DNA from: Epiperipatus broadwayi
Lineage: Eukaryota; Animalia; Onychophora
NCBI GenBank assembly: GCA_028023455.1
Contig: JAQFVV010000001.1
Location: 1,178,001 to 1,242,000, forward strand
Direction: 5' to 3'
DNA: 64,000 nt
Shown: piece by piece, positions 50,376-63,200 of the stretch
Layout of the letters: the number at the start of each line of letters is the position of its first letter
How positions within the stretch are numbered: position 1 is the first letter of the stretch
The notes under the pieces: model-generated
Seen by the model: only the letters and a program-made list of their open reading frames with translations
Database searches by the model: none
Told to the model about the DNA's origin: nothing
Program-made: the position numbers and the translations under genes

Positions 50376-50930
50376 CAAGCCAGAAACTAGTCTGGGGATA
50401 TTGGATGAGTAAGGACTAAATGGGGATCGTATGCACAAGCCCCTGGCATCTGTTGATAAGTATGGCTTGCACTGAGTGGCACCACTGTATGGGGAGTTTT
50501 GCCAGTTTTAATAGCAGTTATAAGCAAGCATAAGAAATGGTGATCATGTTATGTTTATTGGCTTAAAACCAATCCTGCCTAATCGGATAGTGGTGGCTAT
50601 GGTTATTAAAAAACCAAAGACACCAAAATGTATGGGTACTGAACTGAGTTCAGACCTATATCACTATATAAGCTAATGAGCTTGGATTGAAAATATTGTG
50701 TTTTCAATTTAAGACTCAGTGTTTTGTAGTTAAGTGGTGATAAAATGTGGCTGCTTGAAGTGCTCTCAGATCCAAGGCTCCTCACTGATAAAAGTCACAA
50801 GCCAGAAACTAGTCTGGAGATATTGGATGAGTAGGCACTAGATGGGGATTTTATGCACAAGCCTTCTGGCATCCATTGTTTACTCTGGCTTGCACTGAAT
50901 GGTAATACTGTATGGAGAGTTTGCCTGTTT
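50376..50930 (+). mobile_element. Hammerhead-bearing retroposon, family 1, hammerhead-to-hammerhead tandem (about 1.3 monomers)
   Basis: GAAACTAGTC-TGG at 50383-50395 and 50805-50817; 422 nt between predicted cleavage sites (after 50392 and after 50814). Confidence 0.88.
50779..50820 (+). ncRNA. Minimal type I hammerhead motif, degenerate
   Basis: tcctca-CTGATAA-aagtcacaagcca-GAAAC-ta-GTC-tggaga; core and stem II mutated. Confidence 0.5.
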
Positions 50931-50934
50931 TAAA

Positions 50935-51420
50935 AATGTGGAAATGTAAGGAAAAGTATGAAAATTCATTGAGGAAAAATCTGAAATTTTAATATTTAAT
51001 GGGAAGTGTAAAATTGAAGAACAGTCTAAGCATAGATATTTGCCTTGAAGAAGTGAGAAAATGTAGATATTTAGGTATTACGTTAAATAGAAAAAGGAAT
51101 TATATATATGGTTGGAAATTAAAATTGAAAACTAAAAATAAAATGGAATTTATTTAAAATAAGTCATGTTTCTTATAATAAAAGTGAGAGATGTAAGATA
51201 ATTTAGAAAAGAATGGTTATAGCTATTTTAACATTTAGACATGCACTTTATATTGATCAGTTTGTTCTGAAATTATTAGGTAAAATGCAAAATAAAGTAG
51301 ACAGCAATGCATTGGGTAGTAAATTAGAAAGGGACATGAGACTATTCAAAGAAAAAGGGGTGATTTTTTTTTTAATGAGGCTTGTCAGATATAAGAAGCA
51401 TCAATCAATTTCAACAAGAG
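50935..51420 (+). mobile_element. LINE RT 3' fragment
   Basis: EKSEILIF...EEVRKCRYLGITLNRK resembles the KxKxM...EEVxxYKYLG motif of non-LTR RTs. Confidence 0.5.
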
Positions 51421-53361
51421 GAATATGAATTTTATAATAAATGCACCAAATACTTTAAAAAGTATGAATAAATATTTAGTATTTTAAAATATTCACGAGT
51501 TTATGTGACAAATTTGTTGTATCTTTTGAATTTGGGTTTTCTTTTAAAGACCCCCTCCCCCTACAATTGTTTGCATCATCTTTATCATTCAATTCTCTAA
51601 TGTATAAACAATCGTGAATTTTTAAGTCTTGTTTTGTGAGAGACTATTGCAGATGTTTTTAATATAAACAATCCACTGTCCTAGAACTTTTATTTTTGTA
51701 ACTACGTCTTTCTGAATTATATAAAAATAAATTATTCTTGATATTTGTTTATAAACTCTTTTGCAAGTTGTGTATTCTTAGAATCTTAAACAAATGCTTT
51801 ATTGTTAACTATACATATATTTATTTATTAAACTTTAAATATTAAAAGTGAAAATATTTTATTACTAAAGTTTTATATATATGAAAAATGAATACTAAAT
51901 CTTTTCGTAATATTGAAAATGTGAAAATATAAGACTTGGCAAATTTTTTATTTTTCCAAAGAATACCTAATTCTCATATTTAAAAAATATTTGTACTATG
52001 AGAATGAAAACTGTAACCGCAAAAATAAAACGGCCTTAAAACATATAATGACATTTAAAACTTGAAGCTATTTATGGCATCATTATATTTTCATTATGTA
52101 TTGCCTAGATTTATTGAGCTACTTATACGTTTCTCATATCTCTTTATTTGTAAAATATTCTAAAATCACCTTGGTTACTTAACTTACCAAAAAACTATGG
52201 CTTTAAACTCTATCAGATCATTTTGTCCAACAATATATTTCATGGATTTTGAACTTGTTGATTTATTTAAAATGTAGATTTAGAAACCAAACGCTTCAAT
52301 TTATTTACAAAATATTTGTTTTTGGTAGTCTTGTTTTGGATGGAGGAATGAAGGAATATTTATTAAGCTTAGCCATATACATTATAATCTATACAGTAAT
52401 TTCTGGGTCATGTATGTTAACTAGTGCAGTTAATTTAATTTTCATATTGCTAATGTTTACAATGAAGAAAAATTTTAATTTAGTCTAGTATGAAGATCAG
52501 TTACTTGTTATATCTAATTCTTCTATTGATCCAATTTGGATCAATTTGAATTATTTTTTTACTTGGCTAATGTATTTACTTAGATATCTATCTTCTTTCT
52601 AAATTTATCCTTGTCACCAATATTATTGTATTATTATTAAATAAAGATGTGTTAGGTGTAAGAATAAAGGAATATGCATTAGTCTAAGTATAATTCATCT
52701 TACACTATACATAATATAATCTATACATATAAATATTAGTTAAAATAGCTTCTGTTGTAGTTACATGATTTTACTGCCAGATTTTTAGTACATTTATAAC
52801 AACTGAAGAGAGAGAGAGAATTGAAATGTATGGCTGTATATACAACTAAGTTCATTTTATCTAACATACTTTAGTTATTTATGACCTGCCATGATAGGGA
52901 GAAAAGACCATGAGTCAATGACAATAGGGATTTTAATATCATTACATGAATCACAGAAACAATATATATTGTAGATGATCTGGGGATTTAATAGATCTGC
53001 AGCAGTACATTACAAGTGGAAAAACCCTCAGGAAATATAAATCATATTGAATAAACCCTAGAAAAAATATTTAACTTATTTTAAATATGTATCCTGATCA
53101 TATATCAATTAACAATAATTAAATTTTTTAAAAGAGTCTCTATTGAATTTTTATAATTCAATTACTTTTCAATTCTCATAAATAATATCATAACTAGAAA
53201 TTGCAATTTTTATTTCCAAATACAAAAATTGCATCTTGTTTTTAGAATACAAAGGATAAAATATAATATTCATTGCATGAATACATTTTTCAAAGAGCAA
53301 AATATGTACAAGTCAATGTAAATGAATAACTGGTGATATGAATTTTACTTATTACATTTTG

Positions 53362-54010
53362 TAAACTTAAGAGCATGCTATAACTCTAAACAAGCTTTTT
53401 TTTTTTTTATATTATGATAAATGCTACTACAAGAGAAGGCATTCAAATCATCTTTATCTTAGATCCCCAGACCAGTTTCGACCTATGGGTCTCTTCAGTG
53501 AGGAGTTGGGACACTGGATTCACAAAACCAACTCAAGCTAAGCATTTATCTAAAATATATTTCTCAAGAAGATCTAAACTTTAGACATCTGCATGTCTTT
53601 AAAGTCAGCTCTCCAACTGAAAAATTATATGGGCCTGAACTTAATTCAGATTACTCCATATATTAATAGGCTTAGCCATTTAATTTAGCCAAAGCCCCAA
53701 CAGCAAAATAATAATAGTAATAATAAAAAGTCAGATGTCACATGACTTATATATAGCTTGCATTTACCAATATGTAAAATTAAGAGCATGCTATAACTCT
53801 AAACAAGCTAGGTCAAAACCGGTCTGGGGATGGGGACAATCTAAGATAAAGATGATTTGAATGCCTTCTCTTGTAGTAGCATTTATCATAATATAAAAAA
53901 AAAAAAAAAAAGCTTCTTTAGAGTTATAGCATACTCTTAAGTTTACATATTGGTAAATGCAAGCTATATATATAAGTCATGTGACATCTGACTTTGTATT
54001 ATTATTATTA
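53362..54010 (-). mobile_element. Hammerhead-bearing retroposon, family 2: 413-nt permuted monomer plus inverted arm
   Basis: Direct repeat tgtaaa.ttaagagcatgctataactctaaacaagct at 53360 and 53773 (period 413); inverted arm 53810-54010; TSD-like TTATT(A/G)CATTTTG at 53349-53361 and 54011-54023. Confidence 0.85.
53464..53504 (-). ncRNA. Canonical minimal type I hammerhead ribozyme motif
   Basis: Minus strand UCCUCA-CUGAAGA-GACC-CAUA-GGUC-GAAAC-UG-GUC/UGGGGA: complete core, 4-bp stem II, 6-bp stem I; predicted cut between 53470 and 53469. Confidence 0.85.
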
Positions 54011-54571
54011 TTATTGCATTTTGCAAAATTAGACATTGTGATAAAAATGCAGCTTGAGTAATTTTTTTGTCCAGCTTCTCCCCCTTTCCTTTATCCTCAT
54101 TTTTTAAAATCATAAATACAACTGAGAATATCTGATATTTGGGCTTTAAGGTTAAATCAGTTCTGTGAGTAGTTAAAATATTCCAACAGTAAACAGAAGA
54201 AGAAAAAAATTATATAACTCCTGTATTATATTAAAGAAACCAATAGTATCATGATTGATACATTAACTATCAGGTTTAGAATATGATTTGAATATTGAAC
54301 ATTTGCTGTGCATATTAGAGTCATTATCATAGCCATGATCTCTTAAATTATGTCTAAATTTAATTTTTTCAATAGATATGTAAAAAATATTGTTAATCCA
54401 GTTTCTGTAGCATATAAAATTGGATAGAGTGCTAAAAAGTGTTTATACCTTTCCAGTGCCTTTATATCTTGAAGTGACATAAATGAATCTGACTATCATA
54501 CTTATTTTTTCAGTATGTGATACATCCAAAGATATTATTGTTAATATTTAATGCCAATAAAATGAGTATTT

Positions 54572-54966
54572 AAACAGGCAAAACTCTCCATGCTATATTG
54601 CTACTCAGTGCAAGCCAGAGTAACTAATGGATGCTAGAAGGCTTGTGCATAAAATCACCATCTAGTGCCTACTCTTCCAATATTCCCAGACTAGTTTCTG
54701 GCTTGCATCTAGATCTTAGGATCTTAAGATCTAGGTACAATGCTCTCTAATCCAAGGCTCTTCACTGATGAAGGCCACAAGGCAGAAACTAGTCTGGGGA
54801 TATTGGATGAGTAGGCACTAGATAGGGATTTTATGCACAAGCCTTCTGGCATCCATTGATTACTCTGGCTTGCACTGAGTGGCAATTCTATATAGAGAGT
54901 TTTGCCTGTTTTAATAACATTTATAAGCAAGCATAATAAATGATGATCATGTGATGTTTATTGACT
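54572..54966 (+). mobile_element. Hammerhead-bearing retroposon, family 1, with inverted 5' arm
   Basis: Arm 54572-54705 is the reverse complement of about 54778-54910; TSD TAAA(A/G)TGAGTATTT at 54558-54571 and 54967-54980. Confidence 0.87.
54759..54800 (+). ncRNA. Minimal type I hammerhead motif, best family-1 copy
   Basis: tcttca-CTGATGA-ag-gcc-acaa-ggc-a-GAAAC-ta-GTC-tgggga; palindromic ACTAGT helix III; non-canonical A immediately before GAAA. Confidence 0.7.
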
Positions 54967-55495
54967 TAAAGTGAGTATTTCATTTTCAATTTTATCTTCT
55001 AAATAGGAGGCATATTTTTTAAAGTCAGGACTACAAGTGTTTGTTCCTATATAAAAAAATGAAACTTTTCTAACATCTTGATACATTTTAAAAAATTGCC
55101 ATTGTTGCAATGATAAAGTTTATTACTTTACCACAATGAGTTGGGTTTTGTTTGCTTAAAAACTGTACTATAAAAAATATTTTATAACTTCATATCAACA
55201 TTTCCTTTTATTATCTAAAACTGTTTGATGTGAATGATCAAAACAAGTTTTATTTTTTAAGGATGTAATTAATTCTGTCCATTTTTTATAATTGTTCAAA
55301 TGATTTTCATTTTTTTAATGTTTATTCAGGTACACTGTATTATGTTCCCAGTAATTTAGTTCCTGAATAAATTTATTATGTTCAAAATTGTAAAATTGAG
55401 TTTTCAGAAAAAACAATAAACTGCATTTTTTGAAACAGAATAAATTAACCAATTTCTCTTGTATTCTTTGCTATTTTTAAAATACTTTTATAATG

Positions 55496-58400
55496 TGTTG
55501 TGTTTGAACCTGGTATGCAATTATGTTTCAAAAATACAAACTCCAAAATATATTTAACAATTTGTTAATATGTACTATGTGTTTACAATAAATAATACAA
55601 ACTGTTAATCCATACATTCTGCTGTTGTTTGCCTTCAGATCCTTGGGTTTACACAACAATTTAGTATTGGGACTTGTCTGTTCAGGATTCAGTGTATCTA
55701 TTTCAGGAGGCTGTTGATCTTAATTGATCTATACTAGTTCTTGTTACTATCTTCAAAGTTAATGGTTGGTTGCAGATGTTGTGAGAAATCAAGTCAGCTT
55801 CTTGGCTGCTGTTTCTTGACAATCTCTGTAGTTGAAGCAAATTATATGTGCATATAACATTAATAACTAAAGGGTGTGTGTTTTTGCCATTATTTTTCTC
55901 AGAGACTGCATATATTGCCTAACATTCTTTTCCATCTTTGACTGTGCAATGACCATGCTGGTCTCTTCTGGAATTATTTTTTGATGTTGCTCTGGGCTCA
56001 AACAATGTCTTCCTGTCACTCAGTAACTAATGAGATTTCTGCAATGTGCTATAGGCTCATTGAAAATGTTATCATGAAGAGTACTGGATGCAATCATATT
56101 TTTATTATGTCCATATTTGTTCTTTATATGGCATGATGTATCCATCCTTTCTATAGTTAACTTTCCAGACAGTTCCTTCTTCATATGATATTATGGTTTC
56201 AGGATCATGTGTTTACTGTTCTTCTTACATTGCTAATCTTGGCAACTTTGCTAACTGATTATTTATCAGTATTTATAAATTGTCATCTGATTCAATTGAA
56301 ATGAAAACCATAATGTAACCAGCCTTTTTCTGAAATGCTTATTCTATATATAACTCTTGCATTTGTTCTATAAACACATTTCTAAGTAACGTATGCTGCT
56401 AATAACTTTTGTCCTTAGTCTTTCTCTTTAACTCTTTAATATTTCTTTTTGCATTATTCACATATTTTAAATAATTAGCTTTAACTCTTACTTTAGATAA
56501 AAACCAATCCCTTAGTTTTTTATAGGATTATTATGTACATTCTAAGATAAGTGGCGCTCTGCATTCAGCTTTGTATTGTTGTTATATCTGGTTCCCTAGT
56601 TTCAAGCCAAGGCATATTTTCCTTTGCAATGGTGTGTTGCAGTTCTTTACTATTCGAGAATCACTTTGATTGTTAACTCTTTTTTGATGACTGGGGTCAC
56701 GACATAATTGACTCTAATGTCTATACTGTATTTTTTCTTGCTTTGTTTTAATTCTTAATAGATACTTTCTCTTTGTTTCAATTGCTAAAGCTGGTACCCA
56801 TGTTTTACTTGGGTGTATATGGTATACTACATCATCACCTGAATTTTGCTAGCAAATTGTTGATCTATAATATTCTACAAATGATTTCAAATTTTCCTCA
56901 TGAACATTAATTTATTTGATTTCCCTTCAGCAGTTTTGACATTATATATTGGTGGAATAATAATCTAGATAGCCTTGTACATTTTATTCAACCAAGTTAT
57001 TTCTTTTCAGGTGGAACAGTGGGTCACTGTGTAATCTATTGTATTTTTACTACAGAAAGTAGGTTGAAGTAAAGAGGGTTTCCCTCTTTTCTTCCAAGGC
57101 ATAAGTTTGTGTTTAAGACCTGTAGAGTCCCTATCTTTGCATTTTCAAGTGTACATGATTTGAGGTTTATTGCCTTAGTAAATATTACGTAATCAATGTG
57201 CATTAAATAAATTTACAATTACTACAGAAATTTGTAAAATGGGACTTGAGATGAATGTTGTCCCATTGCCTGAAAATTGTCTTTGGTACACCAAAAATAA
57301 TAAATACTCATTGCAATATGCTATTGTTGACTCTGAGTCAGCCTTATTAACTATAAAAATTTTCAATCATTACAAAAAATGTTTGTCTTTCCAAAATCCT
57401 GCATGATCAATATGAATTCATTCCTATGGTTGTGTTGCTTCTTGTGTATGGGCATGTTGAATGTTATTATGCACTTATGACATTGTTGTATACAAGCTTC
57501 AAGGTTCCCTATCCAGCTCTCTCTCTATATATATATGTCATATTATTATTACTATTTGCAGGATATTCCGTGTAGTGAAAAAGCTAAATGCTGACATTTC
57601 AGTACAATATCAAGTACCGCAAATAGTAATAATAATATGACATCTTTTATCCATGAAAATATTAGAATTAATATATATATATATATATGAGTAGGCAAAC
57701 ATTTTCATTTGTGCTGTGCCCAGATGTCCAACTTGTAAAAGTGCCTGTTTCTGACCCTGCAGAGAATTCTATTTTCCCATGTAATGCAGTCACTCCAAGT
57801 GGTTAGTTAGTTCTCTTCATTTTTGACATAATGCTAAATGAACTGATGACGACCTATTGCACATCTAATTCTGTAAAATTATATAACCATTATATGTCTT
57901 TGTTCAGTTTGTGGCTGTCACTATTAGCCAATTCTATCATAATTATGATTATGTCATTTATTTTTGTATCTTCCATTACTTGTTTAATGAATGAAGGTGT
58001 ATAATTATCAGGTAGCAAAGCTTTATCCAGTGTGCATTTATAATTTCTGCAAAATATAATCTCATAGCTATTTTTTTATAATTGGTGCAATCAGAATTTT
58101 CCATTCTGATGATGAGATTTGTTTTATTATCCCTTCTTTTTGAAATGTTTCCAATTCTTGTATTAAGTTTTCTCTCAGCACAAATGGAATTTGCCTTGCT
58201 TTACATGCAATAGGTTTACCAAACTTATCTATATGTACACTCACTGGTGGGCATATATATTTACATATCCCTGACTGAAAAGTCTCTGTAAAATTCCTTG
58301 TATAAGTGATTAAACAGTTATTATTGTTTGAGATTCTGTTTGTGTGAACTACTGTGTAACCTAGGAGTTTAAACAATCTCATTTAAATTAGTATTTTACT

Positions 58401-59690
58401 CTATGGTCACCAATAGGGAAAATTGCACAATGTTTTAGATCCCTGTTAAATTTACTTTTGCTTGACTTAGCAAGTTTATTTTTTTTCTTGGCAGTCATAA
58501 ATCCTTTTTAATGTGGACACTATGTATTTTTATGCTTAATAATTTCATTCTAGCAGTTCTTAAATATAATTGTTACAGCTGCCCTTGAATTGATTTCTAA
58601 CTTGTCTTGAACACTGTTTATTGTTACTATATCAGCAAATATTGATGTCATACAATTATTTTTTACTGTATTAATATTAAATTTCCTTTCATTGTTAGAT
58701 TCGTTACCTTATCTAACCTAAACTTGAATATTTTCTTTCTCTGACTATTTTTACTTTGACTAGCAATATCATTTGCTTCCTTTGAGCTATTATATCTTTT
58801 AAATGATTGGCATACTGATGTTATATGTCCTTGCTTATTACAATGGTAGCAAATAGTATTTATAAATTTACATGTGCATAATTATGATTTGTATTATACC
58901 TATATAACTACTGAATCCCTTATTATCACTTTTTTTTGTTTTAACTGGCTAGTGAATTTTACTACCTGATCTTTATCAAATAAAATCTCTTATTTTGTCA
59001 CTTACTCATTTAGTTTATCTAATTCCACTGCCATTTTGAATGATGGTGAATTGTCCATTAGCAATCTCAAGCAAAGAGTGATTTGCCTTTCCACAAATAA
59101 ACTTGTTTCTTAATACTTCATTTAAAAAAACCTATAAAAATTTGCATTTTTTTGCCAGATTTCTTAATTCAGCAATATATCCTATTGCCTTTTCACAATC
59201 TAATTGGTTATGGGCATAAAGCTTATACCACTCCATTATTATAATTGGCTTAGGTGAGAAGTATTCATTTAAGATTTTTACTGCCTTATCAAATGACAGT
59301 TTGGTTTGTCCAACTGGAGCAGTTTGAGATGCCAAATTTTATACTTGGCTGCTCCAATTGAAATAATAAGTGCTGTTAACTTTAACTCTAGTTTAATATT
59401 ATTTAATCCCCATAAATTTAGTTGTTTAAAATCAAATTTTTCAAAATTAACTTTGCTAACTATTTTGAAATTCCTTAAAACAATTCTTAAGTCTATGTAA
59501 TAAAAATTTGTTCCTATGGCTTTAGTATTTCTTCTGACTTATTTCTCTTGAAGATATTGTCGTCTTTTATAAATCATGTTGATTGTGCCAAATCTAGTTG
59601 TGTTGAACCCAGTGTGAAATTGTGTTCTAAAAATACAAACCCCAAAATATGTTTAACAATTTATTAATAATATATTGTTGTGGAAATGGG
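55496..59690 (-). mobile_element. Degenerate near-complete Ty3/Gypsy LTR retrotransposon with short LTRs
   Basis: About 100-bp direct repeats 55496-55599 and 59596-59690; PBS-like 59572-59590; gag SFDKAVKILNEYFSPKP...YIAELRNLAKKCKF; RT start KARQIPFVLRENLIQELE..QKEGII..ISSSEW; integrase remnants. Confidence 0.88.
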
Positions 59691-62149
59691 ATATGGGAAA
59701 ACTTAGGGTGGTGAATGGAAAGGGAAGGTATAGTGGCTAACATGTTTTTGGGCATTGTTGCTGAGAGATTCCTAACTCTGTATAAGGAGGTCACAGTGCA
59801 TCACATCAGCATCACAATATGAGAATTTACTGATGATGCTACCATGTATAAATGCCTACATAATTATATCATAACTCATAGACATTTAAAATTATCTTTA
59901 GGTCACAGAGAGTAAAAATTCATTGGAAATATCAATTGGAAGAGTAGACAACAGTGAAAAATATTAAAACAAATCTAGAAATAACAAAACAAAGTTTATT
60001 TACAGTACAATATAATAGAGTTCAAATACAAATGCATTTCAATGATAACTGATTGGATATCTGCCAGCCTTAAATATTATTATTCACCAAAATTTTACAT
60101 GATAATGCTGTATCATCCCTGAAGATTACTGAGTAGTCTATTATTTATATGATTCTATTACATATGTGTTTTAAATTAAGGTGTGTGCACATATATATAT
60201 TTAAATTTTACATAAAAACAAGCAATAACTAAACAGCTTAAATTCACTATAAATACACCATGCAGGCCATTACAAAATCAGACTTACACACTATACATAT
60301 AATATTACACCACTTTAAAAGTAAAATTGCAATAATTAACATCTCACCCAGTGTATAAAACAAAATAAAGTTCATGGGGAGAAATATCATCCATGAGAAT
60401 CTCAAGTATAATAGTAATCACAGAGAGGCATGTAAATATATACAAATTCAAGTGTGGCAGATAAATATCTAGAGGATCACTATATAAAATGCATATATAT
60501 ATAATTTCAGATACATATGAATCAAACAAAGTAAACAGGTAAATGGCCTACAAATTTAAGCACAATAAAATCAACCATTTAAATAAATTATATAGCTATG
60601 CATCACCTTAGACACACATGTATTTGCTTACATTAATGACTTTTGAATATCTTCAGAAAGATAATAAATTTTAATTATACTAAATTTAAACTATTATAAA
60701 AAAATAACCAAATCTTATATTTCTTTTTTAATACTTTTTTTTTTTGGCATAAACATTGATCTAGAATTAAATGTTGATTATTTTAAAATTGACTTTTGAT
60801 TATTAATAATCATAGAAGTGATTTTTAATAAAATTTTCTTTAGGAGAAAAAAACAAGCATTGTAAAGCACAAAAAGATTTCCTTTATCTCTTGCATATTT
60901 AAAAATATAAACTATTTTACCAATAAATTTTTAAAAGAAACTGCATCTTGTATCTTTAAAATAGAAATATTTAAAATACATTCAAAGCATATTATATATA
61001 ACATATAAGTATTAAAATATGTTAATACAGAAGATAAATACTTCAATACATAAAATAATCTAAATTAAATTATTGATATAATCTGGTTCGTTGGTAATGA
61101 AAGTTTAAAAGTTTATAAAATAGTTCATAAAATGAAAAGGTTGCCTTTGAGTTCCAAAAAAAATCTGGCTGAGTAGATATTATTTTTCTTTAAAGTAGAA
61201 TTATATATGTTTTCAAAATTATAACACTTTTATGATTTATTAGAGAAGTCTCTCCATTTACCAGTTTCTAATTTTGGTCTTAATCAGGTTATGTTTTCAG
61301 GTAGAGTTGTCATTAATGTTTTTCCGTTGCTGTTGAAAAGCATATCTGTTTATCTGCATATGTGAAGATAGTTGTCACACTAGCAGGATTCAGTGTTTTA
61401 ATGGTTGTGGGTGACATGCTGGAGGAACTTTGTTTAGGATGTTTAGCTGCACATATTACTTAGTTTCAGTTGCTGATAGAACTCAGTATTTTTCATGATA
61501 AGCAAGCAAAAGCAAAAACCAAAAGAAGAATAAAATTATTTTTGATCTGGTCTTTTTATATCTCCTAGCTTTTCAAAACACATTTTTTTAAATTAACAAA
61601 CACACATATTTACAAAATAATTTAATAAAAAAGCCAGTAATTAATTAACCTGTTTACAACATTTTAAATTAAACTAACCTACATGTTTATACAATTCTTT
61701 AATTAAACAAGCTCACATATTTATAGATAACATTTAACCATCTTAATCCCTAAAATCTATTTAATTAGCATTTTCAAAACTGAAAACAAAGCGTAAAAGC
61801 AATTGATTTTCCAAAAAATTTAATTAATAATAGTAATGCAAGCTAAATGAATCAAATTTTATGAATTATTATTTAATTAAGCTAACGTACTTTAAAACAG
61901 ATTTACTGGAAATAGATTTCATTAAAATAAAATAGTTTCTACTTTTTTTAAATGTAAAATTAAATTGACTTAATTTGATTATAAACACGTCTTTATTGAT
62001 GTGTATATACTTATATAATACAAACTTATATAAAAAATTTAATCTAAAACTGAATTTGATTACCAACTGCCAACTACTATATTTTAAAAATAAATTATAG
62101 ATTGAGATAGATCACCATCTATCTTAGTATATATGTATTACATGGTTAG

Positions 62150-63200
62150 AATAATGTTAGCCAGTCTGTTCACTCTGCTTTCGTAAAACAGTATAGTGTC
62201 AGAGTCTGTTGTTGGCTCTGGATCTGTCTCTGATTCTAGGTTTAGTGCATTTATTTTACTGGATGTTGATCCTAGTTTATCTATAGCAGTTATTATGATC
62301 TTCAAGGTTCTGGTTGTTTGCAGATGTTATGTTAGCTCTGATTGACTTATTGATTTTTGTATGTGTTTTAATATCTGTAGTCAAAGCAAATCATTATGTA
62401 GATGTAACATCAAGACTAAAATATATGTGTGTATACCTTTATTTGTCACAGAGCCTGCAAATAATAACCTAGTATTCTTCACCTTGATCTGCTCCACAAT
62501 GACCCAGTCAGTCACTTATGGCGTTCTGCCTTGACATTGATATTGGCTCAATTGATGTCTTCCTGTCACTTAATAACTAATAAGATTTCTGCAATGTGTT
62601 AGAGGCTTATTAAAAATGCTACCTTGATGACCACTGGCTGTGATGGTATGACTTTTATTGTATTTTTGTGTTGAATATATCTTAATGTATTCATCCTTGA
62701 TGTGGTTAGCTTTCCATACTCTCTTTCATCAGTGATGCTGACTTTTGTTTATGACATAATTATAATTCATATTTTCCAATAATGTAATAACATGATGCTT
62801 ATATTGCTACCTTTTCCAATCTTGCCAACTAGTTATTTTTGAATATTTATAGTTTGCTATTGGATTTAATTGACATTCAAACAATAATATTAATTGTCCT
62901 TTGTCTGAAATACTTATTTTATAAGTAACTCATATTTGCACTATACACACATCCCTAAATAATATGATGCTTCTAATAGCATTTTCTCTTAGCCATTCTC
63001 TATTTCTTTATGTTTGCAAAAATCTCCACTTTCCAAGTAATTAGATTTAATTCTTTAATTATACAGTAATATGTATTTGAAAATTTTTGCCCTGAAGATT
63101 TGAGTTGTTAATTAAAATCTTTAATTTGTTTAGGACCCATTTCTAAAATGGCTTAATTTGTTATATAGAAAATGTTTCTGACAAAATCCAGGATCATCAA
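62150..63200 (-). mobile_element. Gypsy integrase 3' fragment related to the 55.5-59.7 kb element
   Basis: atgtcttcctgtcact.a.taactaat.agatttctgcaatgtg shared between about 62556 and 56005; further patchy similarity. Confidence 0.6.

Noticed and set aside
59800-60120. LINE RT remnant (FTDDATMY)
   Set aside because: Only one or two short motif-like matches; too decayed to support.
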